NCBI RefSeq assembly: GCF_006345805.1
Contig: NC_042997.1
Location: 6,882,001 to 6,946,000 of the forward strand
Reading direction: 5' to 3'
Source of the DNA: Octopus sinensis
Lineage: Eukaryota
DNA length: 64,000 bases
Positions 1 through 12,205 of the stretch are shown here, piece by piece. Position 1 is the first letter of the stretch. The number at the start of each line of letters is the position of its first letter. Both the position numbers and the translations under genes were made by a program. The notes below the pieces were generated by a model, which saw only the letters and a list, made by a program, of their open reading frames with translations, was not told the origin of the DNA and searched no databases.

Positions 1-9
1 TCGCACACA

Positions 10-115
10 TATACACGGCATGATACTTTCAGTTTCCCTGCACTAGGTCCACTCACACCTCTTTAGTCGTCCTGAATCTTTAGTAGAACACACTTGCCCA
101 AGGTGACAGGCAGTG
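10..115 (-). mobile_element. Degraded 5' part of tRNA-derived SINE family 1
   Basis: Matches the 1246-1610 copy (tttcagtttcc...cacttgcccaaggtg...gcagtggg); heavily diverged. Confidence 0.6.
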
Positions 116-755
116 GGGCAGGATCCAGAACTATTTTGAGAATATAAAATTCTTGCTACTAAAATAGAGACAATTAGATACTTATCGTTGAATAACTGTT
201 AAAATATCCAACAACGCTGATGTTGAGCATGTGCAACTTCTTTCCCCGCAGAAATCCTGCAGCGTTTTAGTGAGCAAATCACTATGTTAGGTAAACGTGA
301 AATTTGGGCTGTAATATTGTGTCCAATAGTTTTACAGATACACCATAACAATTACATAAGCGTCTAATTTTCAGCAAGAATCCTGACAATTATCTCTTAT
401 TATAAAAGTCTACACATAAAGCTCAAGGACTAGATTTTTAACTATTGTTGGTATTCATGTTCGAAAGGCAAAAAGACTAAAATAACGGAAACAGTTTAGA
501 AAAGACTACTTACAAGTTTCCCATGGACATTTTGGGAATAAATTTTAAACTTTAACCTTGTGGGAGCTCATGTCATCTGCAGCAGTTTTAAAACTATTTA
601 AATTTGTATAGGAACATTAAATGTTTGCAGATGTTCTTGACGAATATTTAAGCTTGAATAATAATAATGAAAAAAAAACTGATTAAATTATTTGCATGTC
701 ACATTAGGAAAACAATATATATTTGCAAATATCTATGAATATTTAAGTTACGGCG

Positions 756-970
756 TAAGGTGGCGAGATACCACAATCATTAGCAAGCCTAGAAAAAACA
801 CTTAGCGGCATTTCGTTCATCTTTACATTCTCAGATCCGTTTCGCCGAGGTCGAGAAGCTTTCTCGTCTTTTCGGTGCCGATAAAATAATTACCAGTTGA
901 AGACAGGAGTCGATGTAATCTACTAAGTCTCCTACTCCAAAAGTGCTGGCGTTGTGCTTAAATTTCGAAA
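756..970 (+). mobile_element. tRNA-derived SINE family 2, degraded
   Basis: ggcgag...cattagc...cgccgaggtcga...tttcgg..ccgataaa; homologous to 21386-21452, 36990-37055, 41400-41555, 52290-52505, 59925-59985. Confidence 0.7.
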
Positions 971-1245
971 CTGATTTGGTACGCTACGATTTAATGGCTT
1001 TAGGTACGCAGTATTTCGCTATGCAACCATAATGTATTATAAAGTTTATAAAACGTTTTTTTTTATAATCAAACAACACTTTCTAATGCGTTAGGAGTGT
1101 GCTTTTAGATTACTTCTATAATCATAGGAGTTATAGCCAGCACCTGAATTTTGCTATGACGTTTCATATACGAAAATTCAGATGTAAAAAAACAATAAGA
1201 TCGAAGATGAAAAACTGTAATAGGAGTATATGACATTTATTCATA

Positions 1246-1610
1246 TATTCATTTCATTCATTTGACTGTGGTCATGCTGGAGCACCGCCTTTAGTCGAGG
1301 AAATTGACCCCAGGACTTATTTGTAAACCTAATACTTATTTTATCAGTCTCTTTTGTCGAACCGCTAAGTTACGGGGACGTAAACACACCAGCATCAGTG
1401 TTCAAGCGATGTTGGAGGAGGGGGGCAAATACAACACACAAACATACACATATACGACGGGCTTCTTTCCGTTTCCGTCTACCAAATCCATCCACAAGGC
1501 TTTGGTCGGCCCGAGGATATAGCAAACGACAGTAGCCTAAGATGCCACGCAGTGGGACTGAACCCGGAACCATGTGGTTCGTAAGCAAGCTACTTATCAC
1601 ACAGCCATGC
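1246..1610 (-). mobile_element. Near full-length tRNA-derived SINE family 1
   Basis: Minus strand: A-box-like tggctgtgtgataag, B-box-like ggttcagtccc, central CA-rich tract, 3' tail ggcggtgctccagcatgaccacagtcaaatg; about ten homologous pieces in the window. Confidence 0.85.
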
Positions 1611-2950
1611 AACTCTTTAATCATGCTCCAACCCATTGCTCAAATAGCCACTATATACAGCTGTGTTTGGTTATTGGATATGCCAGTTTATATATTACAC
1701 ACATTCCTGGAAGATGGTAGGTAAATACTTGTAGGTTGGCAGAGTTTCGTTCACTATACCCAGCAACTTTTCGCTGTTCACGCCACCAAAAAGGAACGAT
1801 ATTATCGTTAAAGGCGTGAAATTTTAATGATTCTGTGGATGATAACTGAGAGAAAAGAGTATGCCCATGTCTTGTGTGCGAAGTTTCCATTCGTACCTTT
1901 GTCGTTCACCTGTTTAATCTTTGAATCTTATTATAGATACATATGTCTCTCCAATCATATTCTCATATTTGTTCTCGTGAATGTGAAACTTTATAGGCAA
2001 TTCTACCAATCATTTTCAAATTGCTATTTTGTGTAAAATTTTCTCTGTCTATATTCATTCAAATTTTAAAATATACTCCCAACAAATGAACATATAGCAA
2101 TGCTGTTACGTTATTGAGTTTGTTCTTTTAGATCTACCTATTTCTATACATCGTGATACATTTGTTTACGTTTAATAATGTTACAATTGATATCCGTGTT
2201 ATATTTATTCTAGGTCTAAGTCTGTATATACATATATATCATTATATGATGGTAAAAATATATTTATTTTATATTTACTTACTTTTTAACTAAACAAATA
2301 TTGGCATACATCATTCAATTTATGTAGACAACAATATAAGTATACGAATGATTATGATGAAACATAATCGTGTCAATCTATATATTATTAAACGTGACGT
2401 TCAATCTTGCTTGTTTGCAATGGTTCACAACAAACTTGTGCATAATGGGAAAATAAAGTGACCTTGAAATGTGAATACGAACAGAATAAAAAATAGTTTC
2501 GAGTAAATCGTACTAGTAGTTGTTGAGACATTGGGGGCTTTGGGGTATAAATATCCAAAATTATGCATAATGGGAAAATTCTCCAAAAATAATGTTCACC
2601 AGGCAAATACCTAGAATCTACAGATAACATAAGGGCACAGAAAGTGTGCCTAAACCGAGCTGGAGACAGTGATCTCCTGGAGCTACAAGCTACAGTAACA
2701 ACCACCCTTAGGAGTTAACCATATTGAGAAGGCTAGTATACCTCACATCTCCAAAAATAACATCACGCTGAAAGGGAAGAATCTCCAACCTTTCCATTAG
2801 ACACATTAAGATAGTCAAAATATTTTGAAGTGAAAATGACATTAAAAATAGGATAAATATTTCGAAAAAGATCCATTCGTAACCTCGGTGTGAAATGGAT
2901 TGTTTTCTATAGGTTTCTTTCGAGTGCATTCAACGTATCTCACATCCAAA

Positions 2951-3063
2951 GATTTGGCTGCTATTTATAGTACGTTCTTCCAACACTTAACAGCTATGTT
3001 CGATAAAGGACCCGAAATACCCGTTACTCTGTAGCAGAGCGTGCAAGAAATAGCAGCCAAATC
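2951..3063. mobile_element. Small MITE-like element / inverted repeat
   Basis: Perfect 16-bp inverted repeat gatttggctgctattt (2951-2966) / aaatagcagccaaatc (3048-3063), with degenerate inward extension. Confidence 0.5.
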
Positions 3064-3812
3064 CTTCTTTTTCTAGGGAAATGAGCTGTTTAAGCGTGAT
3101 TTCGATATCACATTCGTTGAAAGCGTGCGAAATAACAAGGATAACAAAAAGAATCCACGAAACAAAAAAACTCCGTTGCTGGGAAACTCAGACTTCCCCT
3201 GTGAACCAGTGGGTTATGGGTTGTAGAGCTTTAAATCAAGACCTCACATTCTAGGTTCCCACTCAGATGGTTCTTCTGTTGCTAACAGTCTTTTTGGTGA
3301 CACGGGATACCCTGTCGGGTGAGGAAGCCATACTCATCAGATAGACAAGTTCCCTTCATGTCGTTATCTTCCACCATTCAATTGCGATTATCCGGGATTG
3401 TTGTTGGGTACAGAAAAGTAAAGACGTAGTTTATTGTTACCACCTTCACTGTAGCATCACGGCCGCATCTAGGGTTACAAGTCACTAAATAAAGATATGC
3501 CGTAGTTCATCACTAAATGATAATACACCGAGTCTCTTGTAGTGTACCGTTAGTGTATGGTGCACGGCAGAGTTATGGCTATTTGAAGGTGGTTCAGATT
3601 CATCATACCACAGCAAACGTCATTGTGGATATTCTTTTTCTAATAATCTTGTTGGTCCCACCACCAATCTGTACTGTAGCTGCTACGACTCCGTTTTCAT
3701 CGACTTTTACAACTGGTAAAGTATACGGGCAAGGTATTTTTTAGAAAACCCATTCACCTGTATAATCATACCAGTAAGGTTTATTAAGAATCTAAAATTC
3801 TTTTAGTAAATA

Positions 3813-3851
<39 letters not shown>

Positions 3852-3865
3852 TAGTTAATCCAAAC

Positions 3866-4055
3866 ATGAAAACACAAAGAGAAAACACAACAACGCGAGA
3901 ACGTGGAACAAATATAGTATTATTGGACGCTGAGGAAGGAAGGGAAGAAGGAGAATCTAACGTTTGGAGCGGAGCTCTTCGTCAGAAACATAGGAAAAGG
4001 AAAAATCCAGAGAAGGGAAAACGGGGGGAAAAATCGCCAATGGTGCACACGCCGT
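3866..4055 (-). mobile_element. Short PLE-type terminal repeat, hammerhead family a
   Basis: Homologous to 47582-47765 and 42130-42280; lies just after a (TA)n tract; carries a hammerhead motif. Confidence 0.7.
3955..3989 (-). ncRNA. Degenerate minimal hammerhead ribozyme motif
   Basis: Minus strand gttt CTGACGA A GAGC tcc GCTC CAAA CGT T agat; G12 mutated to C. Confidence 0.5.
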
Positions 4056-4559
4056 CGCGCGTGTGTATGTGTGTCTGTGCGTTTGAGTGGGTGTGCGCGT
4101 GCGTGTGAAGTGGCTGCTGAAGTTAGAGCTCGACAAAGATGGTACTGATATGACTTTTTGAGGCAAACACCCGGTCCACGTGTTTGGTATAATCTCCTGA
4201 CTGCCTACATTATTTTCTGTACTACCATGTTAACTCTCAAAACTTCTTGTTCCCTGCGAATGTCACGGAAGGGGATTGTCTCAATTATCACTCAGCATTT
4301 ATAAAATGTTCTCTAGTGGCAAGGATAATGTTAGTACATCAAAAATTCATGTCGTCTGCTATTTCATATTCCTACCTTTCACCTATTGCCACTGAGGTAT
4401 TTTTCGTTAGTCAGTTTTTACTTAGTTATTCATGTATGTTATATATTTTGGAAATATATATGTACAGACAAACATACATGTATACATTCATACAGGCATA
4501 CACGCATACACATACACACAAGAACATACACACACACACACACACATCATCTATTTTTA

Positions 4560-4700
4560 CCTGTTTTAGTCATATGATTGCGGCAACAGCGGAGCACCGC
4601 ATTCATGAATTTTAGTCGAACGAGTTGACACCATTCGTTATTTTTCAAGCTTGGCGCTTATTCTATCCAAATCGTATGTATATGAAACTTAAACACACCA
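4560..4700 (-). mobile_element. SINE family 1 3' part, degraded
   Basis: cggagcaccgc...ttagtcgaac...gttgac matches the 3' half of the 1246-1610 copy. Confidence 0.5.
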
Positions 4701-4949
4701 AGGCACCTTGTAAAGTGGTGGTAGGGCACAAAGACAATACACTAGATTCAGTGGCAGCACCAAAGAGGAATACGATATGAATTATGAAATAGAATCAGTT
4801 CTAAATTAGAATAATTCACTATATGATATATCAATCGTATATTTACCGCGGAAAAGTCAAAAGCTTCCGTTTTCTATAAACGTTGAGATAAGTTAATTTG
4901 ATCTTGTTCTGGAAGCGACACTTATATGCGATGTTGGTGAGCCACGGAA

Positions 4950-5250
4950 CGGGGAAATGCTAATCTGCTGCTCTCGCAGTTGCTTCCAGGCTATTTCATG
5001 TCAACAAGCTCTGAAGTATATTGTTTTGTGTTTAACACGTCTGACTTGACCAAGTGCTCTCTCACAACTCACCTTTACTATCTGTAGTAGCATATTCAGT
5101 TCCTGACCACCAATCTCATTCACTAAGGAAGAAAATTTCTGGACGATAGCAATTCCATCTTCACATTCACTTCTCTTTCCAAGTCAAACATGAAACAGTT
5201 GAGGTGAGCGTAAACAAATAGAAAGGTTTCCGTCTTTATTCCTTTCAGTC
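4950..5250 (-). pseudogene. Possible ancient RTE-like RT C-terminal fragment
   Basis: Minus-strand pieces IVQKFSSLVNEIGG and IAWKQLRE resemble the RTE 'V.kF.YLG...' and 'AW..fre' motifs; frameshifted and weak. Confidence 0.3.
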
Positions 5251-8200
5251 TTATGTTTTCTATAGTTGGTGAGGCTCATTGTACCTGAGACATCTTACAT
5301 TTCAACGCGATGTTCTTTTCAGCTTGCTATATATATCTCTTCTTTCTTTAAATATCAGTTTTGTATGTTGGCATTTTATTTGTTGGTATGAATTAGTGAT
5401 TGCCTGTAATAATTATGTTATGACGTAAATGGCTCATTAAGTGTTTTTTGGTGGTTTCTATGATCGTATCCTTTGTTCGCTATGCGTGCGTTAGTCTTGT
5501 TACTGTGAATATACATTACCTTTTTTTTGCATGTTGTAGTTGAAGGTTTTGTTTCATCTGCGGTAATGGTAGTGGGAAAGCTGGTTCTAGTATATTACTT
5601 TAGAGTATAATATACTCTTCAAATCTCTCAGATGTTTTGAAAGAAGATACTTCGATTTTCATTTTTATCTCCTTTATTTCTCATATAGTTTACCGTTGTT
5701 CATCTTCTTTCCTTACGTTCCATGATATAGCCGAGTGATCTGATAGGAGGAGTATATACGCTTTGATTTTACGTTGATGTTCCACGGTTTCTCTTGTTGA
5801 TGTTTGCTAAGTTGTTCTTGTTGCAACCCTTGCTGGAGCTATTGTTACTCTCTGTGTTTACCATTCATCGTCATGTTGATATTTGTGTGTACTTTTGCAG
5901 TTATTACTGCAGTCACAACTTTTGTGGCTGAATGCTTCTTCTGATATTTATGCTTGCATTGCTATTGTTTTCAAAGTGGTGGCAATACCATCAGTAATCG
6001 TGAGGTTCTTCCATCATACATATTTGTTGTTGAAGGCGAGCCCTTATATGTTTTGTTTAACCGTACACTTGACAGAATCCAAGATATCTACGATTAAATA
6101 GTCAAAATAGATAAATTGAATCTGTATTGAAGCATAAGAGATTGACTGAAATTTTCGTGGGTAGTAAAATGAAGTATTGCTCCATTAACTTTTATTTGTG
6201 CGCCATTAGCGTACTTCATTGATATGAGATTATTTGGATCATTCGCAAAAAATACGCTTGGTGTACTCCTACTTCAGGAACAACACATAAATATGGATTT
6301 ATATTCTTTATCATAACTACTCCTGGAGTCTTGCAAAATATCATAGCAATACATTTCAGTGTTTTATTTTTTTTAATAAACAATGTTTTAATATATGAAA
6401 TATACGCACACAGGCACACATACATGCACACACATACATAGACTCAAATACATAAAAATATATGTAAAATTCGTATATGTTAAACAATACCAGCTATAGA
6501 TTGTTACAATTTTATGGTATAATCGATTACAGGAAGATAGTGGTAGTACTCTGCAATCGACGACTGTATTGCTACCATCCAATCTAAATTCGATTATTCT
6601 AACAGGAAATATATACCTGTGCGAGTGAATCATCTTCTCTATGAAATATTTCTTTTCTTTTGTTATTCATGCTGAACACACTGAAGTCATAACAATAAAT
6701 TATCTTTCTGAAACCTACAATATATTAAACAAAAATGTCAAAATGCTTATTCGCAATTTATTAAATATCAAATATGTACACAAATACAAATACATGGTCA
6801 GATTTAAACAAGTGTGTACCTATATACTGAGTGACAACTGTGAACAAGAATACGAAGATGTACAGTGACAAAATTTAAATTTACGTATTATGCCGAATGC
6901 CGTGTTGTGATATCGTATAAATCTCAAGTAGAAAAATACAAGAATATTGATTAGATATATATCATGTAATATTACCTGAAAATATGCAAAATACTTTCAA
7001 TACATTCAACTCAGGCACTGGCGGGCCACGAGGATTGTGATAAGATTAAAGCGTAAAAATTATCACTACATGGCAGTTTTGTTTTCAGTGTAACTGATCG
7101 TATAACAAAACGAAAACGGGGGTTATCAAAATCTCAGCACGTAAATGGTGATTTACTATAAATGGACTACAAGAGAACATTGGCTATCTATATGATAGAA
7201 GATTTAGTTACAACTTTTTTTTTAAATATCGATTTCTTGTCACTACTCTCAAAATCAAAATAAAAGAATACAGAAAGCTGACTGAGTTTGCATGGAACGG
7301 GACAACTAACCGTTCGAATTTGAATTGCGACTATCATGAAAATAATTAGATCTGAAAGAGTCCAGTTCAATTAATTGTCGTCGATCTTTTGTCCTTTTAC
7401 TGTTAGAGTCTTTAGTATGCGACCATGCTTGGGACCAGCCTTCAAATTTGATGTCTCAAATAAGTGATTCAGAAGGGTATAATTTTATCGATTGCTGTTC
7501 GGCGAAACGCAATTTTACAGAATGTAAAAGAACGCAGGCATAAAATATCTGTCAGAAAAAAAAAACACTTTTGCTCATACAACGAATGTTAGACCACAAA
7601 CGTTACAATACTAAGGAAAACAATCAATATTTCCTCCAACAATGCAGTTGTTCTTCTGCTTGCTCAAGAAAAACACTAGCATTTACATATTTCTGGAATA
7701 CGAGGGCATCTCTCAAGCAGAGTAACCGATCATTCATTCTTTCACTTCAAATACCTAGAATAAGTAATCACATATAAATATAAAGACAGGCACACATGGT
7801 AGGCCGAGTGGTTAAACATTTCACCCTGCAAATAGCGTCAATTTGACTCCAGTTCGCTGAATTTGGGTCAAGTGTTTTAATATAAACATTCATCACAGTA
7901 AATATTGTGAATAAAATGAAATAAATAAAAAAAATGCCCAAGACCACAGGTCTTATTATGCCTATATTCCAAGTGTCAATGAACTTCAGAAATATTTGAG
8001 GACTGCACGTGCTTCTGGACTATTCAACCACTTTATGCAAAACATAGCTAACACTCTAATGTGCAATGAATGTAATCAGTCACTGACTCTTTCTCACACT
8101 CACTTGTTCTTTCTCTCTCGTTCTTTCTCCCTCGTTCTTTCTCTTTCGTTCTCTCTCCGCTCCTCTTTCTCTCATTCTCTATTCGTACTTACTGCTTATA

Positions 8201-8332
8201 AGCTCAATGCATTAAATACTAAATTCAAATAGATAGACATGAATCTTAACAACATTTCGTTACGTCGCTTTATAGTGAACTGGAATCTACTAAAATTTGA
8301 ATATAAAGTTTGCAAGATTAGTTTATTAAATA

Positions 8333-8728
8333 CTAGCAGTATCGCCCGGCGTTGCTCGGGTTGTAAGGGAAATAACTATATAAGCATTTTTAGAGAGTTA
8401 TAGCTAAAAAAAATGGCCAAAATGTGCATTAAAAATGGAAAAAAAATTATGGTAATTTTTTTTAAATCGTTGACTCATCGTAGACATTTTTAGAGAGTTA
8501 CTTCCCTTATATAATAGCGAAAAAATGCATTAAAATGGAAAAAAGTGATGGTAATTTTTTTTAAAATCGTAGACTCATCGTAGACGCGCACTAATACCCA
8601 GAAGGGCTCGATATGAATCACGACTATAAGATACACGGTTTTAGTTAAACTGCACCGCAATATGTGGGAGTAGTTAGGAATCTAAATCGTAGAAGACAGA
8701 CACACAACCTTACTTTTACATATAAAGA
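8333..8728 (-). mobile_element. Non-autonomous Helitron (about 396 bp)
   Basis: Minus strand A|TCTTTATATG... 5' end; 3' hairpin cccgagcaacgccggg followed by CTAG|T; A-T insertion without TSD; internal roughly 100-bp tandem duplication. Confidence 0.8.
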
Positions 8729-8978
8729 TTATAAGTGCGTTACAGGTTTCCTGTAAAAACTATGGTGATGTTCAGTTACTGACAAAGCTACATTGAGACT
8801 TGAAATTGCATTTATACCTTTAATTTTTAAAATTCTTTGGTACGCCAGTGTATCTCTGAAACCAATGTTTAAATACCACCTGAGATGAACTAGTGAAATT
8901 ATATATGTTCAGTACTATTATTTACGTAATAACGCAAAAATGATATTCTTAAAAAGTCGTATATGTGCTTGCGTGTTG

Positions 8979-8979
<1 letters not shown>

Positions 8980-9043
<64 letters not shown>

Positions 9044-9055
9044 ATACACATATAT
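8980..9055. repeat. (TA)n microsatellite
   Basis: Direct inspection. Confidence 0.95.
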
Positions 9056-9380
9056 ATGCTACAGAACTTAATAATGCTACTGAATTTCACCCAAAGAAGC
9101 AGTTGAGAAAAGCACCTCATTGTGTAATGATTGGAGTTTAATACTACTACTAACAAGTCTAATACAAGATAATTGAGGCGGAAAATTCATCATCAAACAG
9201 TGTCATATTTATATGTCCTGTAGTGATCGTACTAATAATACATAAATTGCTGCATATGAATATGCAACAATATGTGATTGGTGCTATCGAAAAACATTTC
9301 GAACTATTATACTATTATTCTTCATTGTCCTTATTTTGAATATTGTACTTCACACTCTAAGAAGCCAAAAAGCAAATCTG

Positions 9381-10048
9381 TTAATCAAAGTATGCTCCTA
9401 AATTATCAACAGAATTGTTTCAATTTATCGAGAGCTTATTTATGCCAGCAGCGAAAGATTCTGGAGAGCAACAGATTAAGAAATCACGAAAGTCTGTTTT
9501 TGCCTCTTCTTCAGATTTGAAGTTTTTTTTCCCCGAAATAAGTAGTCTAATGCCTGGAAAACGTGATAGTCATTTGGTGCAAGACACGATGAATATGGTA
9601 AATTACAGAGTTCTTCCAATTTCAGTACCTGCAACTTGAGTAGCGTTCTTTGAGCAACATGTTGTCTAGCATTGTTTGCAAGAGAAGTGACTTGTCTCTA
9701 TTGACCAATATCAGTTGTTTAATTGCAGGCTCACACGTCATTTTATCCAGTTGGTTGATGTATGCATCCGCTGTAATTGACGTAGCACGTCTCAGGAATC
9801 TGTAGTAGGTAACACCAGTGCTGGACCACCAAACAGACAACATTAGCTTTTATTGGTGAATATTCTTTTTTGCATTATGTCTCTATCCAACCACCGTGCA
9901 CCACGTTTGCTATTGTTGAAAAGAATTCATTTTACATCAGACGTAACAATATGATACAAAATGTTTTCCCTTTTCTGCCATGACAGCAAAGAACAACACA
10001 TTTCAGGTCTGTGTCATTTGATGCTCGTTTACTTCGTTAATAACCTGG
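9381..10048 (-). pseudogene. Mariner (DD34D-type) transposase remnant, C-terminal half
   Basis: Minus-strand translation ILYHIVTSDVK*ILFNN...MLSVWWSSTGV...ITADAYINQLD...PYSSCLAPNDYHVFQALD...GINKL...LGAYFD*; stops and frameshifts. Confidence 0.85.
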
Positions 10049-10054
10049 TATAAG

Positions 10055-10602
10055 AACTTGCATGACGAAGGTTTCTGCTCTATGAGTGCCACGTCATCTG
10101 AGAAAAAGCACAACAGTCCGATCGAATCAACGGAAAATATCACATTGTATGAGGCTGATCCAACTTGTTTCCTTGAATGTTTCTTAACTTAAAATGAGTG
10201 TTGGAATCATCCCTTTCAGCTTCAGAGAAAGAGGTAATCCATGCGATGGATAAATCCCTTCTTACTAGCTCCAAAGAAGTCTAAGATCTCTTCGTTTGCA
10301 AAGGAATGTGATGGCCGCAGTTTTTGCAAAACAAAAGGCACTCTGTTTGTTGACGTTCTTCAAAAAGCCTACACCATCAATGGAAAGTACTATGCCAACT
10401 TGCAGAGGCATAGTACTTATATACGATACGCTACCAAGACGAAACATCAAATAAATTTGATGAAAGTTCTCTCTAATAGACGTAATCTTCCTTGCAATGG
10501 CTGGTGTGTGTGACTGGCTTTGAACTAGTTGATCACTCACCATATTCTCCTGATTTGGCTCTATCTGTATATCAGCAGTTCATCAACATGAAAGAAACAC
10601 TT
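10055..10602 (+). pseudogene. Second mariner transposase remnant (different subfamily)
   Basis: MTKVSA.*VPR, NITLYEADPTCFLECFLT*NECW, PKKSK, TINGKYYANL, GFELVDHSPYSPDLA. Confidence 0.85.
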
Positions 10603-10654
10603 CACTTTGAAGAATGTTGTATATATACGTGTGTGTGTGTGTGTGTGTTCTTTT

Positions 10655-10870
10655 ATTCTTTATTTGTTTCATTTATTTGACTGCAGACATAGTGGAGCAC
10701 AGTCTTTAGTCGAACAAATCAACCGCAGGACTTATTCTTTGTAAGCCTAGTACTTACTGTACCTTTCTCTTTTGCCGAGCCGCTACGTTACACGGCCGTA
10801 AACGCACCAACATCGGTGGTCAAACGATGGTGGCGTGACAAACACACACACGCACAAATATACGATAACC
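10655..10870 (-). mobile_element. SINE family 1 3' half
   Basis: ctttagtcgaacaaatcaaccgcaggacttattctttgtaagcctagtact matches the 1246-1610 copy. Confidence 0.75.
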
Positions 10871-11479
10871 CATAATTTCTACCTCTAAGGAACTATTTTT
10901 GTAATGCGCATGGCAACATTTTGGAGGGGGGATTTACAAATTCAACTGTGTATTTAGGTTTAGTCCATGCTCGCTTTCTTCAACTCTTTTGATATCGCAT
11001 GATCAGAAGGTTCGAGGTACGTAGCATTTGATAAATCTATTTCAATGGAGAGTTGCGCCGATGACGAATGTGAAATACATATGTAATGTATATGAAATAT
11101 ATAGTAAAAATATATATGAAATATATATTCAATATATTTATAATCCAGAAACATGATGTTCGCAAATAACCGTCAGACTTTATTTATTCCTTCTGTTTTG
11201 CGTATGTGAATTATAGGGATATGTCGTGTGTGGAGTCCTACTTGTAAGAAATAGAAATAAACAGTCTTGACTGCTATTTCTAAGTTTTCAGTATGCGGCC
11301 AAGCAACCTGTTGCCTGCCCCATTAATTTATATACAATATATATATATTGAACTTTACAGAAGTTCCTACCGGTAATCGGTTATATTTACATACCGAATT
11401 CTACCAATAAATAATTGTTGGTTTTTTAAAAAAAACATTATAGGAATTATTTACTCTTATTATTATATTATATATATAT

Positions 11480-11640
11480 ATACGACAGTCTTCTTTCACT
11501 TTCCGTGTACTAAATACATTCACAAGTCTTTGATCTGCCGAGGCTACAGTAGACGTTTCTTGCCCAATGTGCCACGTAGGGGGACTGAACCAGGAACCAT
11601 GTGGCTGGTTAGCAATCGACTTACCTCACACCCTCACTTG
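11480..11640 (-). mobile_element. SINE family 1 5' half
   Basis: cttgcccaatgtgccacgtagggggactgaaccaggaaccatgtgg matches the 1246-1610 head. Confidence 0.7.
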
Positions 11641-11756
11641 CACCTATAAACCACGCCTGCGCAAATATCTGAAATAATCCATTATTTCTACAAATACCAA
11701 GGTCTCATTCTTTTGTTGTTATACATATTATAATTATTATTATGATTATTATTATC

Positions 11757-12040
11757 ATATGTTTGACTTTTGCTTTATATTTGTACAAGTTGGCTCCAAG
11801 TCTCACCCAGAGACCTCAAGAGACAACAGGTTGGAAGTTCATGTTGTTGTTATGCCTAGTGTGCCATATATTTGGTTTTGTATTTAGTGTTGTACTATTG
11901 AATGTCTAAAAAAAACATTAGAAAATTATGTTTGTTTTTAAACTTGAGATTACATAGAAAGTATTTTGCGTAGGATATAAGCAGTTCCAATGAGCACTAT
12001 CTATTGAATTTCTGCCATTTTTGGGTTTCTTGGTATCTGA

Positions 12041-12041
<1 letters not shown>
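11757..12041 (-). mobile_element. R4/Dong-like non-LTR retrotransposon 3' end
   Basis: Minus-strand QIPRNPKMAEIQ*IVLIGTAYILRKILSM* plus 3'UTR; (TAA)n on both sides. Confidence 0.7.
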
Positions 12042-12092
<51 letters not shown>

Positions 12093-12152
12093 TATTATTA
12101 TTATCATTATTATTATCATCATCATCATCATCATCATCATTACTACTACTAC

Positions 12153-12202
<50 letters not shown>

Positions 12203-12205
12203 TTA
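12042..12205. repeat. Compound (TTA)n/(TCA)n/(CTA)n microsatellite
   Basis: Direct inspection. Confidence 0.95.

Noticed and set aside
3866-4108. ORF MKTQRENTTT... recurring at 47582
   Set aside because: Antisense reading of the purine-rich hammerhead repeat; the frame is not conserved between copies.
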